A stretch of DNA of 64,000 bases from Macrostomum lignano (GCA_002269645.1 NIVC01001750.1:101253-165252); one strand, 5' to 3'. Counted from the stretch's first letter, positions 36,701 to 49,510 are shown. Notes: generated from the sequence alone by a model not told the origin. Numbers and translations are program-made.

Positions 36701-39700
36701 CAGCAGCCTCCAGCCGGCTTCAGCCAGACAGTTAGTCAGCTCCCAAGTGGTGCTACAGAAAGTCATTCAAGCGAAAGTGCAAATGCTAAGAGGAAACGGC
36801 GATCTGCTCAAGGTGAGCACTGCATGAGCATTGCTTTGTCTGCATGAAGGTACATGTACTTTAAGCGGGAGTGTTTGGGAGCCTTGGCAAATAAGGCAAT
36901 GGATATTTTGGGCGGGCATCGGCAGGACAGAAAAACACATACACTTGGGCACTTATTGGGACAACATTGTGCGGATGTGATGTTTGAGGCATTTATTGGG
37001 ACGCACTTAATGGGACATGGAGTCTGTTATTTTTAACGCGGCTCTGGCTGTGACTAGAAAATGGTTCTTGTAGTTGAGCCAGCAAAGCATAGCTCTCTCT
37101 AAATAAACAAAACAGAATAGTAGCTTTCTAAGTAGCTCGAGTTTGAGTTTGGGAATCTGTGAAACTTTGCTCAGCCAATGATTACGTTCATGAAGTGTGT
37201 CTACACTACACAACTCCTTTGACACAGCTTCTGAAGTCGAGAGTTCCGCTGACGCGTCGCGGATTGAGCCCAACTTGAATGCGGTCTCCGCAAGCACAGA
37301 CGCCACTGGTTCAAGCCTTGTCGCTGAACTAGCTAGTGCCATTCAGCCTGCTCAACAGCAGCCTCCAGCCGGCTTCAGCCAGACAGTTAATCAGCCCCAA
37401 GGTTGTCGCGAAATCGATCAGTTCCTTTGTGCACCTGTGGCGTATTGTTCTGAAGATGCAAACTTTGCGATTTTAAAACCGGTCTCGAATCCGAAGTCGT
37501 GCTGTGAGCCACATTTTGGGGCTCTGGCTTTTGCTGCTGATGATAGTGATCCATATCATCTGGAAAGCAATACTGGAACCGATTGTTCAGCTGGAGCTGT
37601 AGTGGGTTGCTCAAATTACGAGAATTTGGCCGCCGACAATTCGAATTTTTATCCTCAGATGAATGCCTTGTCTGTGGTTCAAGATTTTTCTGCGCATTCG
37701 ATGCCGTCCCAACTCGTTGATTTTGTAACTGCGAAAGCTGAAGATGGTGATCAAGTGACCTTTTCGGCTAATGTCAATGTTAGTTCCGCGCGGATTGAAG
37801 AAGAAAGTGTCTCAGTTACTCTACCTGTTTCCTTGAAGCCTGAGGATGACGCAGGATGCAGTGTTGTTTTGCAGAAGCTTGTCAGTTCGACGACAAAGCT
37901 TCATTACTGCAAATATTGTGGCAAAATGTTGACGAAAATCTCTCGGCACTACAAAACCGCTCATAAAGCAGAGTCTGACGTTAAGCGCTTGCAGCAGATC
38001 CGCCGTAAGTCCATTCGTAGAAAGGCATTTAAGGCCCTTGAAAGCGAAGGCGATTATATTCACAATAAAATGGTTTTGGCAAAACGAGAAGGTGAATTAA
38101 TAATTGCAAGGAGACAAAAGGACGATGAAAATTCTCCTGGGAGTTTTCTTCCCTGTCATCGATGCTTTCAATTCATAAAGAAGGATCTTCTCTACCGCCA
38201 CAGAAATGCATGCTCCGGTAGCCTATCTGAAATTATTAAGGAAGACGAGAATGACTCCGATGAAGACACTGAGAACTCTTCGCCCTCCGAGTCAGAGAGT
38301 GCAGAAGCGCGCCTAAAAAATCCTACGAACAATCACTACGTGCAGCTGTCTCGAATTCTGCTAAAAAATCCAGAGCCTGCTTCAAAACTTCTGGAACCAG
38401 ATTCGGAACTCTTTAAGACAGTTCTCTCAAGACTCATTTGTGATGATCTGTTTGATACAATCTGCAAAGATGAGCTCTTACTTCGTTTAGGTGATCGTTA
38501 TTTGTCTAAGCAAAAAAAGGTGAACCGGCAGCACGTGTCTAGTAAAATCAGGGATGCAGCTCGTGTTTTTATTCAGCTACAGCAGTTGCATGGTGATTAT
38601 AGCTTAAGACACTTTCTGCAACCACAGTATTTTGATGATTGGATCGAAGTTATCCGAAAGTTATCGAATGAGGCCCCAACATTCGCACTACGCATGGGTC
38701 ATTCAATACCGCATCTGTGCAATATCCTAATCGGTGAAGCGATTAGGACTTCTAATGATGGCCTTAAAAAGTCCGCATCTGACTTTCTTGAGCTGAAAAA
38801 TACTGAGTACCACCATCTCGTTACTGCGAAGAGCCTCAAGACAATAAGTGAAAGAGCAGCACTTGTGCAGGACTGTGTACCGCTGACGGACGACATAGTA
38901 AAACTTTCCACTTTTATGAAGTCGGCGATTGTCGATAAAATCGAAGAGCTCAAGACAGGAACATTGGATTCAAATGTTCCTTTGTTGTACCGTGAACTAG
39001 TCTACCTAATCATGACAAAACTAACTTTTTTCAACCGGCGCCGATCCAGTGAGATTTCTCAAATGGTAATGGCGATGTTAGATGCAGCTTCGGCATCTCA
39101 CACGCAGGATGACCTGCATCAGTATTTGACGCCACTCGAGAAGGAACTCGCCAGCAGGTTAAAGGTCATAAATATATCAGGCAAAAGAGGACGATCTGTG
39201 CCTATCGTTATCGATCGAATTTGTTGGGATGGACTGATGTGCCTAAAAGACTGTCGCGAGGCTGCCGGTGTAAGCCGAAAGAACGTATTTGTGTTTGCGA
39301 TTCCTGGCTATGAACAATCCGTCTACAGATGTCCTGTGGCAATCGACAAAGTAGTGAAAATGAGCTCACTCCAACTGCAACGAGCGGATCTCCTTCGCTC
39401 AAGATTTTTAAGGAAGCATTGTGCGACTGTTTCGCAACTTCTTGACTTAAAAGACAATGAGCTAGATTGGCTAGCTCGCCATCTCGGCCATGATATTACT
39501 GTCCACAGACAGTTCTACAGATTACATCAAAATACTCTCGAGCTAGCAAAGGTTTCGAAGATTTTGGAGTTGATGGAGAGTGGGAACCTGAAGAAATTTA
39601 AAGGAAAGGGTCTGGAAGAAATAACATTAGAAGATTTATCAGAGCCGCCGTTGGATGACCATGATGAGACAGCAGAGTTATCGGCGGTGCCGGACACTTC

Positions 39701-40485
39701 GGCCACAACAGCTGCTTCGACTTCGGCCACAACAGCTGCTTCGACTTCGGCCACAACAGTTGTTTCGACTTCGCCAACTTTCGCTTTGGGAACTGGTTCA
39801 GCCGCTACAACTAAAACAAGCGCAAAGAGACGCACAAAATCTGGTGAGTCAGTATATAGCTTAATTTGATTCATGCAGATACAAATATTTTTTACTGCTC
39901 AAATAGATTGTTTATAAGAGGTTAGATATATTTTTCTGATCGCATTTTATCATATGTTAACGGTATATAATCGCATAGTGTCTAGCGAATCGTATGCGAT
40001 TAACTCAGTCAAAGTACATGCATTTACTGGAGTTGAAGAAAAAAGAAATCGCGTGAACATCGCATAGATACTCGTATAAGTTCATTTTGCCTGGGGCTTT
40101 TACTGTCCAAAAAAAACTTATGCAAATGCAAACATTTCTAAGCAGAGTGCACAATGCACATCTTAAAATTTCCAAATCATTTGGCCCTTTTAATTGTATG
40201 CTAAGTTAATTATAAGAATTAAAACTTTTTGTGGACATGTTTTGCATACTTTCTGTGAACGTAAGCAGCAACCTCTTAGTCTATAAAATATGTGCTACCA
40301 TTACAGCAAAGAAGCTGACCGACAGCCAAAAAAGCGACTTGCGCAAGGCATTTGCCAGCTTTCTAGCCAGCGGGGATCTTCCTGGCAAGCAAGTCATTTT
40401 AGAGCTTCGACCCGAATCTGTTGCTGCTGTTGACTGGCGCCAAATTAAAGACAATTTGCGCGTTGCGCTTTCAAAAAAGAAATAG
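30758..40485 (+). CDS. Spliced tyrosine-recombinase-family protein with two zinc-finger-like motifs (Crypton-like or domesticated element)
   Basis: Exons 30758-30996, 31115-31176, 31330-31392, 31481-31540; eight cassette exons starting 31989, 32644, 33299, 33954, 34609, 35264, 35919 (239 nt), 36573; then 37228-39843 and 40307-40485; phases all compatible. Catalytic-type motifs FFNRRRSSEI (R), GKRGRSVP (K), RFLRKH (HxxR position with His replaced), LGHDITVHRQFY (H, Y). CKYC-x9-H-x4-H and CHRC-x11-H-x3-C motifs. ~1072 aa without cassettes, ~1632 aa with the seven intact cassettes. Confidence 0.8.
31716..37389 (+). repeat. 655-bp tandem repeat, ~8.7 copies, each one 240-nt exon plus a 415-nt intron
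   Basis: Identical ORFs recur at 31958, 32613, 33268, 33923, 34578, 35233, (35888), 36542, 37197; each unit has ...CACAG|CTTCTGAA...GCTCAAG|GTGAGC splice sites. Confidence 0.97.
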
Positions 40486-41164
40486 CTAGTCGAAATTTCT
40501 ATTTTAAGAAAAGCAAATATTTAACTTTAGCTAATTTTAGCTAATTGGCTTACTTTAGCTCACAGATTCTAGAACAGCTAGATGAGCCACTGAAGCACAG
40601 CTATATACAACAGCTGAAATAAATGACTTTGATAACTTTAGAAGCCCAAGCTTGCAGGCGTAAACAACTTGCTGATTGGTCCAGCCATAATGTACATTAG
40701 CCACTGAAATGTACATGGCAGATTTACCCTGGAACTACCGAGAAAGGCAATAAAAATTGGGTGGCGGGGCGGGGGTAGAGGTTCTGTGTGGAATTTGAGG
40801 GTTTAAGCTTGGGGGGTAAAAGCCAATAAATAAACCTTGCCTTAGTTTGTCTTCAAAACTTCATTAAAATGCCTCGGTTAACTTAAACTACTAAACTGAA
40901 AGTACCTTGCAGGCAAATGTGCTGAGTGAATCATCTAGTTTGTTCTAGTATCTGTGGTTTAATTACTAATTAAAGCTTAATGGAAGACAGGCAAAATTTG
41001 TAAAAATCCTTGGATCAAAAACTTTTTGCGGCTGAAATAACTAGTTACTAGATACTAGTTGCATAGCTCGAAGCTACTATTAGGTCGTTGATTCCGCGTG
41101 TCGAGCACAATTCTCTAATTTGTTTTTTTTAATAGCCACCTGGCTTAAAAACTGTGTTGTCATT

Positions 41165-41970
41165 CATTCAAAAATTTTATCACCACCTGCTCTAAACATT
41201 GTGTTTCTACTTATTCAACGATTTTATTCGCCATCTGCTCTAAACATTGTGTTTCTACTTATTCAACGATTTTATTCGCCATCTGCTCTAAACATTGTGT
41301 TTCTACTTATTCAACCATTTTATTCGCCACCTGCTCTAAACATTGTGTTTCTACTTATTCAACCATTTTATTCGCCACCTGCTCTAAACATTGTGTTTCT
41401 ACTTATTCAACCATTTTATTCGCCACCTGCTCTAAACATTGTGTTTCTACTTATTCAACGATTTTATTCGCCACCTGCTCTAAACATTGTGTTTCTACTT
41501 ATTCAACCATTTTATTCGCCACCTGCTCTAAACATTGTGTTTCTACTTATTCAACCATTTTATTCGCCACCTGCTCTAAACATTGTGTTTCTACTTATTC
41601 AAAAATTTTATCGCCACCTGCTCTAAACATTGTGTTTCTACTTATTCAACCATTTTATTCGCCACCTGCTCTAAACATTGTGTTTCTACTTATTCAACCA
41701 TTTTATTCGCCACCTGCTCTAAACATTGTGTTTCTACTTATTCAACCATTTTATTCGCCACCTGCTCTAAACATTGTGTTTCTACTTATTCAACCATTTT
41801 ATTCGCCACCTGCTCTAAACATTGTGTTTCTACTTATTCAACCATTTTATTCGCCACCTGCTCTAAACATTGTGTTTCTACTTATTCAACCATTTTATTC
41901 GCCACCTGCTCTAAACATTGTGTTTCTATTTATTCAACCATTTTATTCGCCACCTGCTCTAAACATTGTT
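41165..41970. repeat. 48-bp minisatellite (CTGCTCTAAACATTGTGTTTCTACTTATTCAACCATTTTATTCGCCAC)n
   Basis: ~17 visible units; 16-aa periodicity in the PPALNIVFLLIQPFYS ORFs. Confidence 0.96.
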
Positions 41971-42234
41971 TTTATTTATTCAAAACTTTTTTATTACAAA
42001 CATTCAAACATAAGTTGCAACTTTTTAAAAAAAATAAATTTGTTTCCCTTCAGTTTTGTTCCGTTTTCCAAAAGCCTCTTTATTTGTGGTGCCTCTTTAT
42101 TTTACTTTATGAATTAAACATTCGCATATAAAATGATGGAAGCGTTCAGAAATTCTTCTATCTGGTTGATACATCCACTGGTTATTTATAGGCCTAGATA
42201 TACTTCTATGGTAAAATTGTTAGGGCAGCCCTTC

Positions 42235-42652
42235 CACACTAGCTATGGTGGGATTGTTGGGACAGCCCTATGCACACTGGCTATGGTGGGATTGTTGGGA
42301 CAGCCCTATGCACACTGGCTATGGTGGGATTGTTGGGACAGCCCTATGCACACTGGCTATGGTGGGATTGTTGGGACAGCCCTATGCACACTGGCTATGG
42401 TGGGATTGTTGGGACAGCTCTATCCACACTAGCTTTGGTGGAATTGTTGGGACAGCCCTATGCACACTGGCTATGGTGGAATTGTTGGGACAGCCCTATG
42501 TACACTGGCTATGCTGGAATTGTTGGGACAGCCCTATGTACACTGGCTATGGTGGAATTGTTGGGACAGCCCTATGTACACTGGCTATGCTGGAATTGTT
42601 GGGACAGCCCTATGTACACTGGCTATGCTGGAATTGTTGGGACAGCCCTATA
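42235..42652. repeat. 38-bp minisatellite (CTATGGTGGGATTGTTGGGACAGCCCTATGCACACTGG)n
   Basis: ~11 visible units. Confidence 0.94.
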
Positions 42653-43439
42653 CTATAGTGTGTGCTGGCTTCTGCTTCTGCTATAGTGTGGTTCATTTCC
42701 GCATCCTTTTACGTAGCATTCTGTGGGTCCGAATAGCTGACATGTACCTTTTGAGTAATTCTAGTGATTGTGTCATAATCAATAAAGTACATTTTTATGA
42801 ACAGTGGAGTTTCGCTACAGAATTGTTTTTTCCCAGTGGCACTAAATGTAGCAAATTTTGTTTATTCAGATCGTAAAATTTTTTTGATATGTGTCAATGT
42901 CGTTTGTTTTCGATAACCTTAAAGTCCCTTGCCATTTACCATCCTGTCTTCTATAATCTATGATCGCTGAAATTATCTGGTGAAATTTGACGCGCTGATA
43001 TTATTGCCTTAAGTGGAATTCAGCAAGACACCAGGGTTTTTTAATTCTGTTTTAGACAAGTATACATGTACAATCTGTTGTGAGTTCAATGCACCTCGAA
43101 AAATGCTTTCCAACTGTTTTCAGTAAGCCAAAAGCATGTTGTCAATAAAAATCGATTTGGTGGGTTGAAAATTGCCTGTGTGGGGACGTGTGTGTGTGTG
43201 ATTTTTCGTGTGTCGAAGCAGTCCCAATATGTGCAAGCTTTTGCACACTTGGCCAATAAGTGCCTCGTGCACGTTTGTGTGTGTGTGTTCGTGCACTTTT
43301 TCCGACAGCAAAATATCGCCGAGAATAAATAAACAATTTTTTCTACCATGCACTGCGCAGTGGCCTCACAAATTGCTGTTGGAGTCACGAGAATGCAAAT
43401 TGACTGGTGAAGTTTGTAGTTTAAAGTACTGACTGCTGT

Positions 43440-43745
43440 AGCTCGCTAGTTCCTTGTAGCCTAGCTATACCTATCTAGCTAACTACCTTATCTATGTAAC
43501 TGCCTTACCTACGTGTCTACCAACCTACTTTATCTACCATCTATACCTAACTACAGTGTATCTGTGATCATCAACCTACAAACCAACAAACCTACATGAA
43601 ACTTGCTAGCCACCTATACCTGTCTGCTTACCTATACCTTCTTGACCAGGAATATAATATATCCTACATATAGGTATACACGTACCTATCCTATATATAC
43701 CCATCTAAATGTGTAAACCTACCTAATACCTAATCAGTCTACTAC
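43440..43745. repeat. Degenerate ACCT/ATCT low-complexity tract
   Basis: Recurrent TACCTA/ACCTAC motifs. Confidence 0.55.
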
Positions 43746-43764
43746 CGGTACGTAACCTTCCTAC

Positions 43765-44560
43765 CAGTGGCGCCCACTAAGAGACAGGGGCGCCCACCAA
43801 GAGACAGAGGCGCCCACCAAGAGACAGGGACGCCAACCGAGAGACAGGGACGCCAACCAAGAGACAGGGGCGCACACCAAGAGACAGAGGCGCCCACCAA
43901 AAGACAGGGACGCCAACCGAGAGACAGCTGGGCGCCAACCAAGAGACAGCTGGGCGCCAACCAAGAGACAGGGGCGCACACCAAGAGACAGAGGCGCCCA
44001 CCAAAAGACAGGGACGCCAACCGAGAGACAGCTGGGCGCCAACCAAGAGACAGCTGGGCGCCAACCAAGAGACAGGGGCGCCCACCAAGAGACAGAGGCG
44101 CCCACCAAGAGACAGGGGCGCCCACCAAGAGACAGAGGCGCCCACCAAGAGACAGGGACGCCAACCGAGAGACAGGGACGCCAACCGAGAGACAGCTGGG
44201 CGCCAACCAAGAGACAGAGGCGCCAACCAAGAGACAGGGGCGCCAACCGAGGGACAGCTGGGCGCCAACCAAGAGACAGCTGGGCGCCAACCAAGAGACA
44301 GGGGCGCCCACCAAGAGACAGAGGCGCCCACCAAGAGACAGGGGCGCCCACCAAGAGACAGAGGCGCCCACCAAGAGACAGGGACGCCAACCGAGAGACA
44401 GGGACGCCAACCGAGAGACAGCTGGGCGCCAACCAAGAGACAGCTGGGCGCCAACCAAGAGACAGGGGCGCCAACCAAGAGACAGGGGCGCCAACAGAGG
44501 GACAGGGGCGCCAACCGAGAGACAGGGGCGCCAACCAAGAGACAGGGGTGTCCACCAAGA
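43765..44560. repeat. 20-21-bp minisatellite (GCGCCAACCAAGAGACAGGG-type variants)
   Basis: ~38 visible units with several recurring variants. Confidence 0.95.
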
Positions 44561-45125
44561 CACCTAATCTTGGCGTTATTCTGGTATGTGTGCATGTACC
44601 TACATGTACAGTACTTTCAAATTGGAAAGTTAAAAAGAACGCTTGTTTAACAAGAAGCGAGACAGGAATTAAAACAAAGAAAGCAAAATTAGGTTTGCAC
44701 CGAAAAAACCCTCCAGAAATTTTCCCATGCGAAATTTATTTATTATTAAAAATTGTAGTTCTATTTACAAAGTTCTGTTTTAGGCTTAAACTGGGTCTGT
44801 GAAATTTATATATTTTAATAATTTTTTTAGTCGAGACTAAATTACGCTAGTAGAAATGCGAAAATTTTATATCGTTTTCTCACATCATTTCGGGTATGCT
44901 AGAGCGCTAAAAGTACAATTTTTTACATTTAACTTCTGTTTTAAACAAACTTCTACGGAGCTACCAGTTGCGTATTTGCCTACAGCCCTCAGTATAATTT
45001 CTGTTTCGTAAAAATCAAATGTCAAATAAAAAAATGTCCACGCACGTCTCTAATTTTTAGACGAAATAAAATTACTAACTACAGACAGGGCAGTCAGTAA
45101 TTCGTTAATGGAATAAAAGTAAAAC

Positions 45126-46335
45126 AAGGCGCGTCGCCACCGGGGATACAGGGGGACATGCCAATGCTGTGTCCCCCGCACCTTGTGAGTCGTTGTATAT
45201 TTTTTCTTTAGGGCGCCAAAATAAAGCGACTTCGGCACCAAAATGAGTACCTGCGGCGCTAAAATGAGTGCCTGCGGCGCTAGAAGGAGTGCCTGCGGCG
45301 CTAAAAAAAGTGCCTGCGGCGCTAAAATGAGTGCCTGCGGCGCTAAAATCAGTGCCTGTGGTGCTAAAATGAGTGCCTGCGGCGCTAAAATGAGTACCTG
45401 TGGCGCCAAAATGAGTGTGTGCGGCGCTAAAAGGAGTGCCTGCGGCGCCAAAATGAGTGCATGCGGCGCTAAAATGAGTGCATGCGGCGTCAAAATGAGT
45501 GCCTGTGGCGCTAAAATGAGTGCCTGCGGCGCTAAAATGAGTGCCTGCGGCGCCAAAATGAGTGCATGCGGCGCCAAAATGAGTACCTGCGGCGCTAAAA
45601 TGAGTACCTGCGGCGCCAAAATGAGTACCTGCGGCGCTAAAATGAGTGCCTGCGGCGCTAAAATGAGTGCCTGCGGCGCTAAAATGAGTGCATGCGGCGC
45701 CAAAATGAGTGCCTGCGGCGCTAAAATGAGTTCCTGCGGCGCTAAAATCAGTGCCTGTGGTGCTAAAATGAGTGCCTGCGGCGCTAAAATGAGTACCTGT
45801 GGCGCCAAAATGAGTGCCTGCGGCGCTAAAAGGAGTGCCTGCGGCGCTAAAATGAGTGCCCGCGGCGCTAAAATCAGTGCCTGTGGTGCTAAAATGAGTG
45901 CCTGCGGCGCTAAAATGAGTACTTGCGGCGCTAAAATGAGTGCCTGCGGCGCTAAAATGAGTTCCTGCGGCGCTAAAATCAGTGCCTGTGGTGCTAAAAT
46001 GAGTGCCTGCGGCGCTAAAATGAGTACCTGTGGCGCCAAAATGAGTGCCTGCGGCGTACCTATGGCGCCAAAATGAGTGCCTGCGGCGCAAAAATGAGTG
46101 CCTGCGGCGCTAAAATGAGTACCTGTGGCGCCAAAATGAGTGCCTGTGGTGCTAAAATGAGTTCCTGTGGTGCTAAAATGAGTACCTGCGGCGCTAAAAG
46201 GAGTGCCTGCGGCGTACCTATGGCGCCAAAATGAGTGCCTGCGGCGCCAAAATTAGTGCCAAAATTTAGTCATGTACATGTTGAATTCTTGGCTGTGTCC
46301 CCCCACCCACCATAAAATCCATGGCGACGCCCCTG
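45126..46335 (+). mobile_element. MITE-like element with imperfect 13-bp TIRs enclosing the 21-bp minisatellite (copy 2)
   Basis: Left end AAGGCGCGTCGCC versus reverse complement of the right end CAGGGGCGTCGCC; subterminal GGGGGACA...TGTCCCCC hairpin; internal array 45235-46260; 3' end shared with copy 1. No convincing TSD. Confidence 0.65.
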
Positions 46336-49182
46336 GTATAAAGTCAGTAATGTTAGACTAAGATGCAAAAATGTTTTGTTTTACTCTAATATATACGTCA
46401 GTGGGAGGCAAAAAAATTTAAATGCATCAACAAATCGAACGGCTAATATGTAATTTCATTTTCTCTCGATAATTTACAACTTAATATCGACACACACTTT
46501 GGAAATAGATCTTTGTAGGAAAGAACTATACGCAGAATTACGAGTATAACAAAAAATAATAAAATCATTAGACTTGGAAACTTCTGTAGCCATTGGAAGT
46601 TTCAGAAAATTGTAAGTGCCCCCTAAGAGGGTCGCCAGAGCTAGTCTATCAGCACTGTAACTTCAGCCATTGCAGAGTAGATTGCGGTGATCTTCCATTT
46701 AGAATTTATTGAAAGTCAGAACGCCAGTTTTTCAAACCGGTTATGGATGATAATTTTCTTCATAATATTCTCTGTGGGGCTAAAATAAAAGCCTGCGGCG
46801 CTAAAATGAGTGTCTGTGGGGCTAAAATGAAAGCCTGCGGCGCTAAAATGAGTGTCTGTGGGGCTAAAATGAAAGCCTGCGGCGCTAAAATGAGTGCATG
46901 CGGCGCCAAAATGAGTGTCTGTGGGGCTAAAATGAAAGCCTGTGGCGCTAAAATGAGTTCCTGCGGCGCTAAAATGAGTGTCTGTGGGGCTAGCATGAAA
47001 GCCTGCGGCGCTAAAATGAGTGTCTGTGGGGCTAAAATGAAAGCCTGCGGCGCTAAAATGAGTGCCCGCGGGGCTAAAATCAGTGCCTGTGGTGCTAAAA
47101 TGAGTGCCTGCGGCGCTAAAATGAGTACTTGCGGCGCTAAAATGAGTGCCTGCGGCGCTAAAATGAGTTCCTGCGGCGCTAAAATCAGTGCCTGTGGTGC
47201 TAAAATGAGTGCCTGCGGCGCTAAAATGAGTACCTGTGGCGCCAAAATGAGTGCCTGCGGCGTACCTATGGCGCCAAAATGAGTGCCTGCGGCGCAAAAA
47301 TGAGTGCCTGCGGCGCTAAAATGAGTACCTGTGGCGCCAAAATGAGTGCCTGTGGTGCTAAAATGAGTTCCTGTGGTGCTAAAATGAGTACCTGCGGCGC
47401 TAAAAGGAGTGCCTGCGGCGTACCTATGGCGCCAAAATGAGTGCCTGCGGCGCCAAAATTAGTGCCAAAATTTAGTCATGTACATGTTGAATTCTTGGCT
47501 GTGTCCCCCACCCACCATAAAATCCATGGCGACGCCCCTGGTATAAAGTCAGTAATGTTAGACTAAGATGCAAAAATGTTTTGTTTTACTCTAATATATA
47601 CGTCAGTGGGAGGCAAAAAAATTTAAATGCATCAACAAATCGAACGGCTAATATGTAATTTCATTTTCTCTCGATAATTTACAACTTAATATCGACACAC
47701 ACTTTGGAAATAGATCTTTGTAGGAAAGAACTATACGCAGAATTACGAGTATAACAAAAAATAATAAAATCATTAGACTTGGAAACTTCTGTAGCCATTG
47801 GAAGTTTCAGAAAATTGTAAGTGCCCCCTAAGAGGGTCGCCAGAGCTAGTCTATCAGCACTGTAACTTCAGCCATTGCAGAGTAGATTGCGGTGATCTTC
47901 CATTTAGAATTTATTGAAAGTCAGAACGCCAGTTTTTCAAACCGGTTATGGATGATAATTTTCTTCATAATATTCTCTGTGGGGCTAAAATAAAAGCCTG
48001 CGGCGCTAAAATGAGTGTCTGTGGGGCTAAAATGAAAGCCTGCGGCGCTAAAATGAGTGTCTGTGGGGCTAAAATGAAAGCCTGCGGCGCTAAAATGAGT
48101 GCATGCGGCGCCAAAATGAGTGTCTGTGGGGCTAAAATGAAAGCCTGTGGCGCTAAAATGAGTTCCTGCGGCGCTAAAATGAGTGTCTGTGGGGCTAGCA
48201 TGAAAGCCTGCGGCGCTAAAATGAGTGTCTGTGGGGCTAAAATGAAAGCCTGCGGCGCTAAAATGAGTGCCCGCGGGGCTAAAATCAGTGCCTGTGGTGC
48301 TAAAATGAGTGCCTGCGGCGCTAAAATGAGTACTTGCGGCGCTAAAATGAGTGCCTGCGGCGCTAAAATGAGTTCCTGCGGCGCTAAAATCAGTGCCTGT
48401 GGTGCTAAAATGAGTGCCTGCGGCGCTAAAATGAGTACCTGTGGCGCCAAAATGAGTGCCTGCGGCGTACCTATGGCGCCAAAATGAGTGCCTGCGGCGC
48501 AAAAATGAGTGCCTGCGGCGCTAAAATGAGTACCTGTGGCGCCAAAATGAGTGCCTGTGGTGCTAAAATGAGTTCCTGTGGTGCTAAAATGAGTACCTGC
48601 GGCGCTAAAAGGAGTGCCTGCGGCGTACCTATGGCGCCAAAATGAGTGCCTGCGGCGCCAAAATTAGTGCCAAAATTTAGTCATGTACATGTTGAATTCT
48701 TGGCTGTGTCCCCCACCCACCATAAAATCCATGGCGACGCCCCTGGTATAAAGTCAGTAATGTTAGACTAAGATGCAAAAATGTTTTGTTTTACTCTAAT
48801 ATATACGTCAGTGGGAGGCAAAAAAATTTAAATGCATCAACAAATCGAACGGCTAATATGTAATTTCATTTTCTCTCGATAATTTACAACTTAATATCGA
48901 CACACACTTTGGAAATAGATCTTTGTAGGAAAGAACTATACGCAGAATTACGAGTATAACAAAAAATAATAAAATCATTAGACTTGGAAACTTCTGTAGC
49001 CATTGGAAGTTTCAGAAAATTGTAAGTGCCCCCTAAGAGGGTCGCCAGAGCTAGTCTATCAGCACTGTAACTTCAGCCATTGCAGAGTAGATTGCGGTGA
49101 TCTTCCATTTAGAATTTATTGAAAGTCAGAACGCCAGTTTTTCAAACCGGTTATGGATGATAATTTTCTTCATAATATTCTC
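45840..49182 (+). repeat. 1205-bp tandem segmental repeat (~2.8 copies): 21-bp array + element 3' end + ~440 bp unique DNA
   Basis: Identical ORFs at 46716/47921 and 46743/47948; the unique stretch GATCTTCCATTTAGAATTT...CATAATATTCTC occurs three times (~46690, ~47895, ~49100). Confidence 0.95.
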
Positions 49183-49510
49183 AATAGAGTTTTCCGGTCT
49201 GCATAAAAGCTATGTTTTTTCACCTACTACTTTGGCATCAGTTCACTGCTCCTTCTTGTCCCAATCTTTCTCTCCTCATGTCCACTCATCGGGTTGCTAT
49301 GCTTAATAGCTGCGCTATTGTCCCGTCGTTATAATAGTACTGCTCTCCATCTCGTCTTTCCTGTCCTATCCTCACCTGCCCCCAGACCTACCTCTCTCCT
49401 TTCCTACGGTCAAGGAGATCTTTATCGAGAATCTGCCCCTGAACAGTCTCCCTCAAAATTATCCTCAGACACAATTTCTGCTGATATTTCATTGGCTGAT
49501 AATACAGTAA

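Noticed and set aside
37197-39869. Bacterial or phage integrase (contamination or prophage)
   Set aside because: The ORF is embedded in an in-phase GT-AG exon chain between animal genes, with eukaryotic zinc-finger-like motifs and no prokaryotic neighbours.
18800-43335. (CA/GT)n-containing segments at ~18.86, 28.24, 29.61 and 43.19 kb, some with TATAG-like ends reminiscent of Helentron/DINE-type elements
   Set aside because: Could not define matching termini or a shared consensus by eye; left unannotated.
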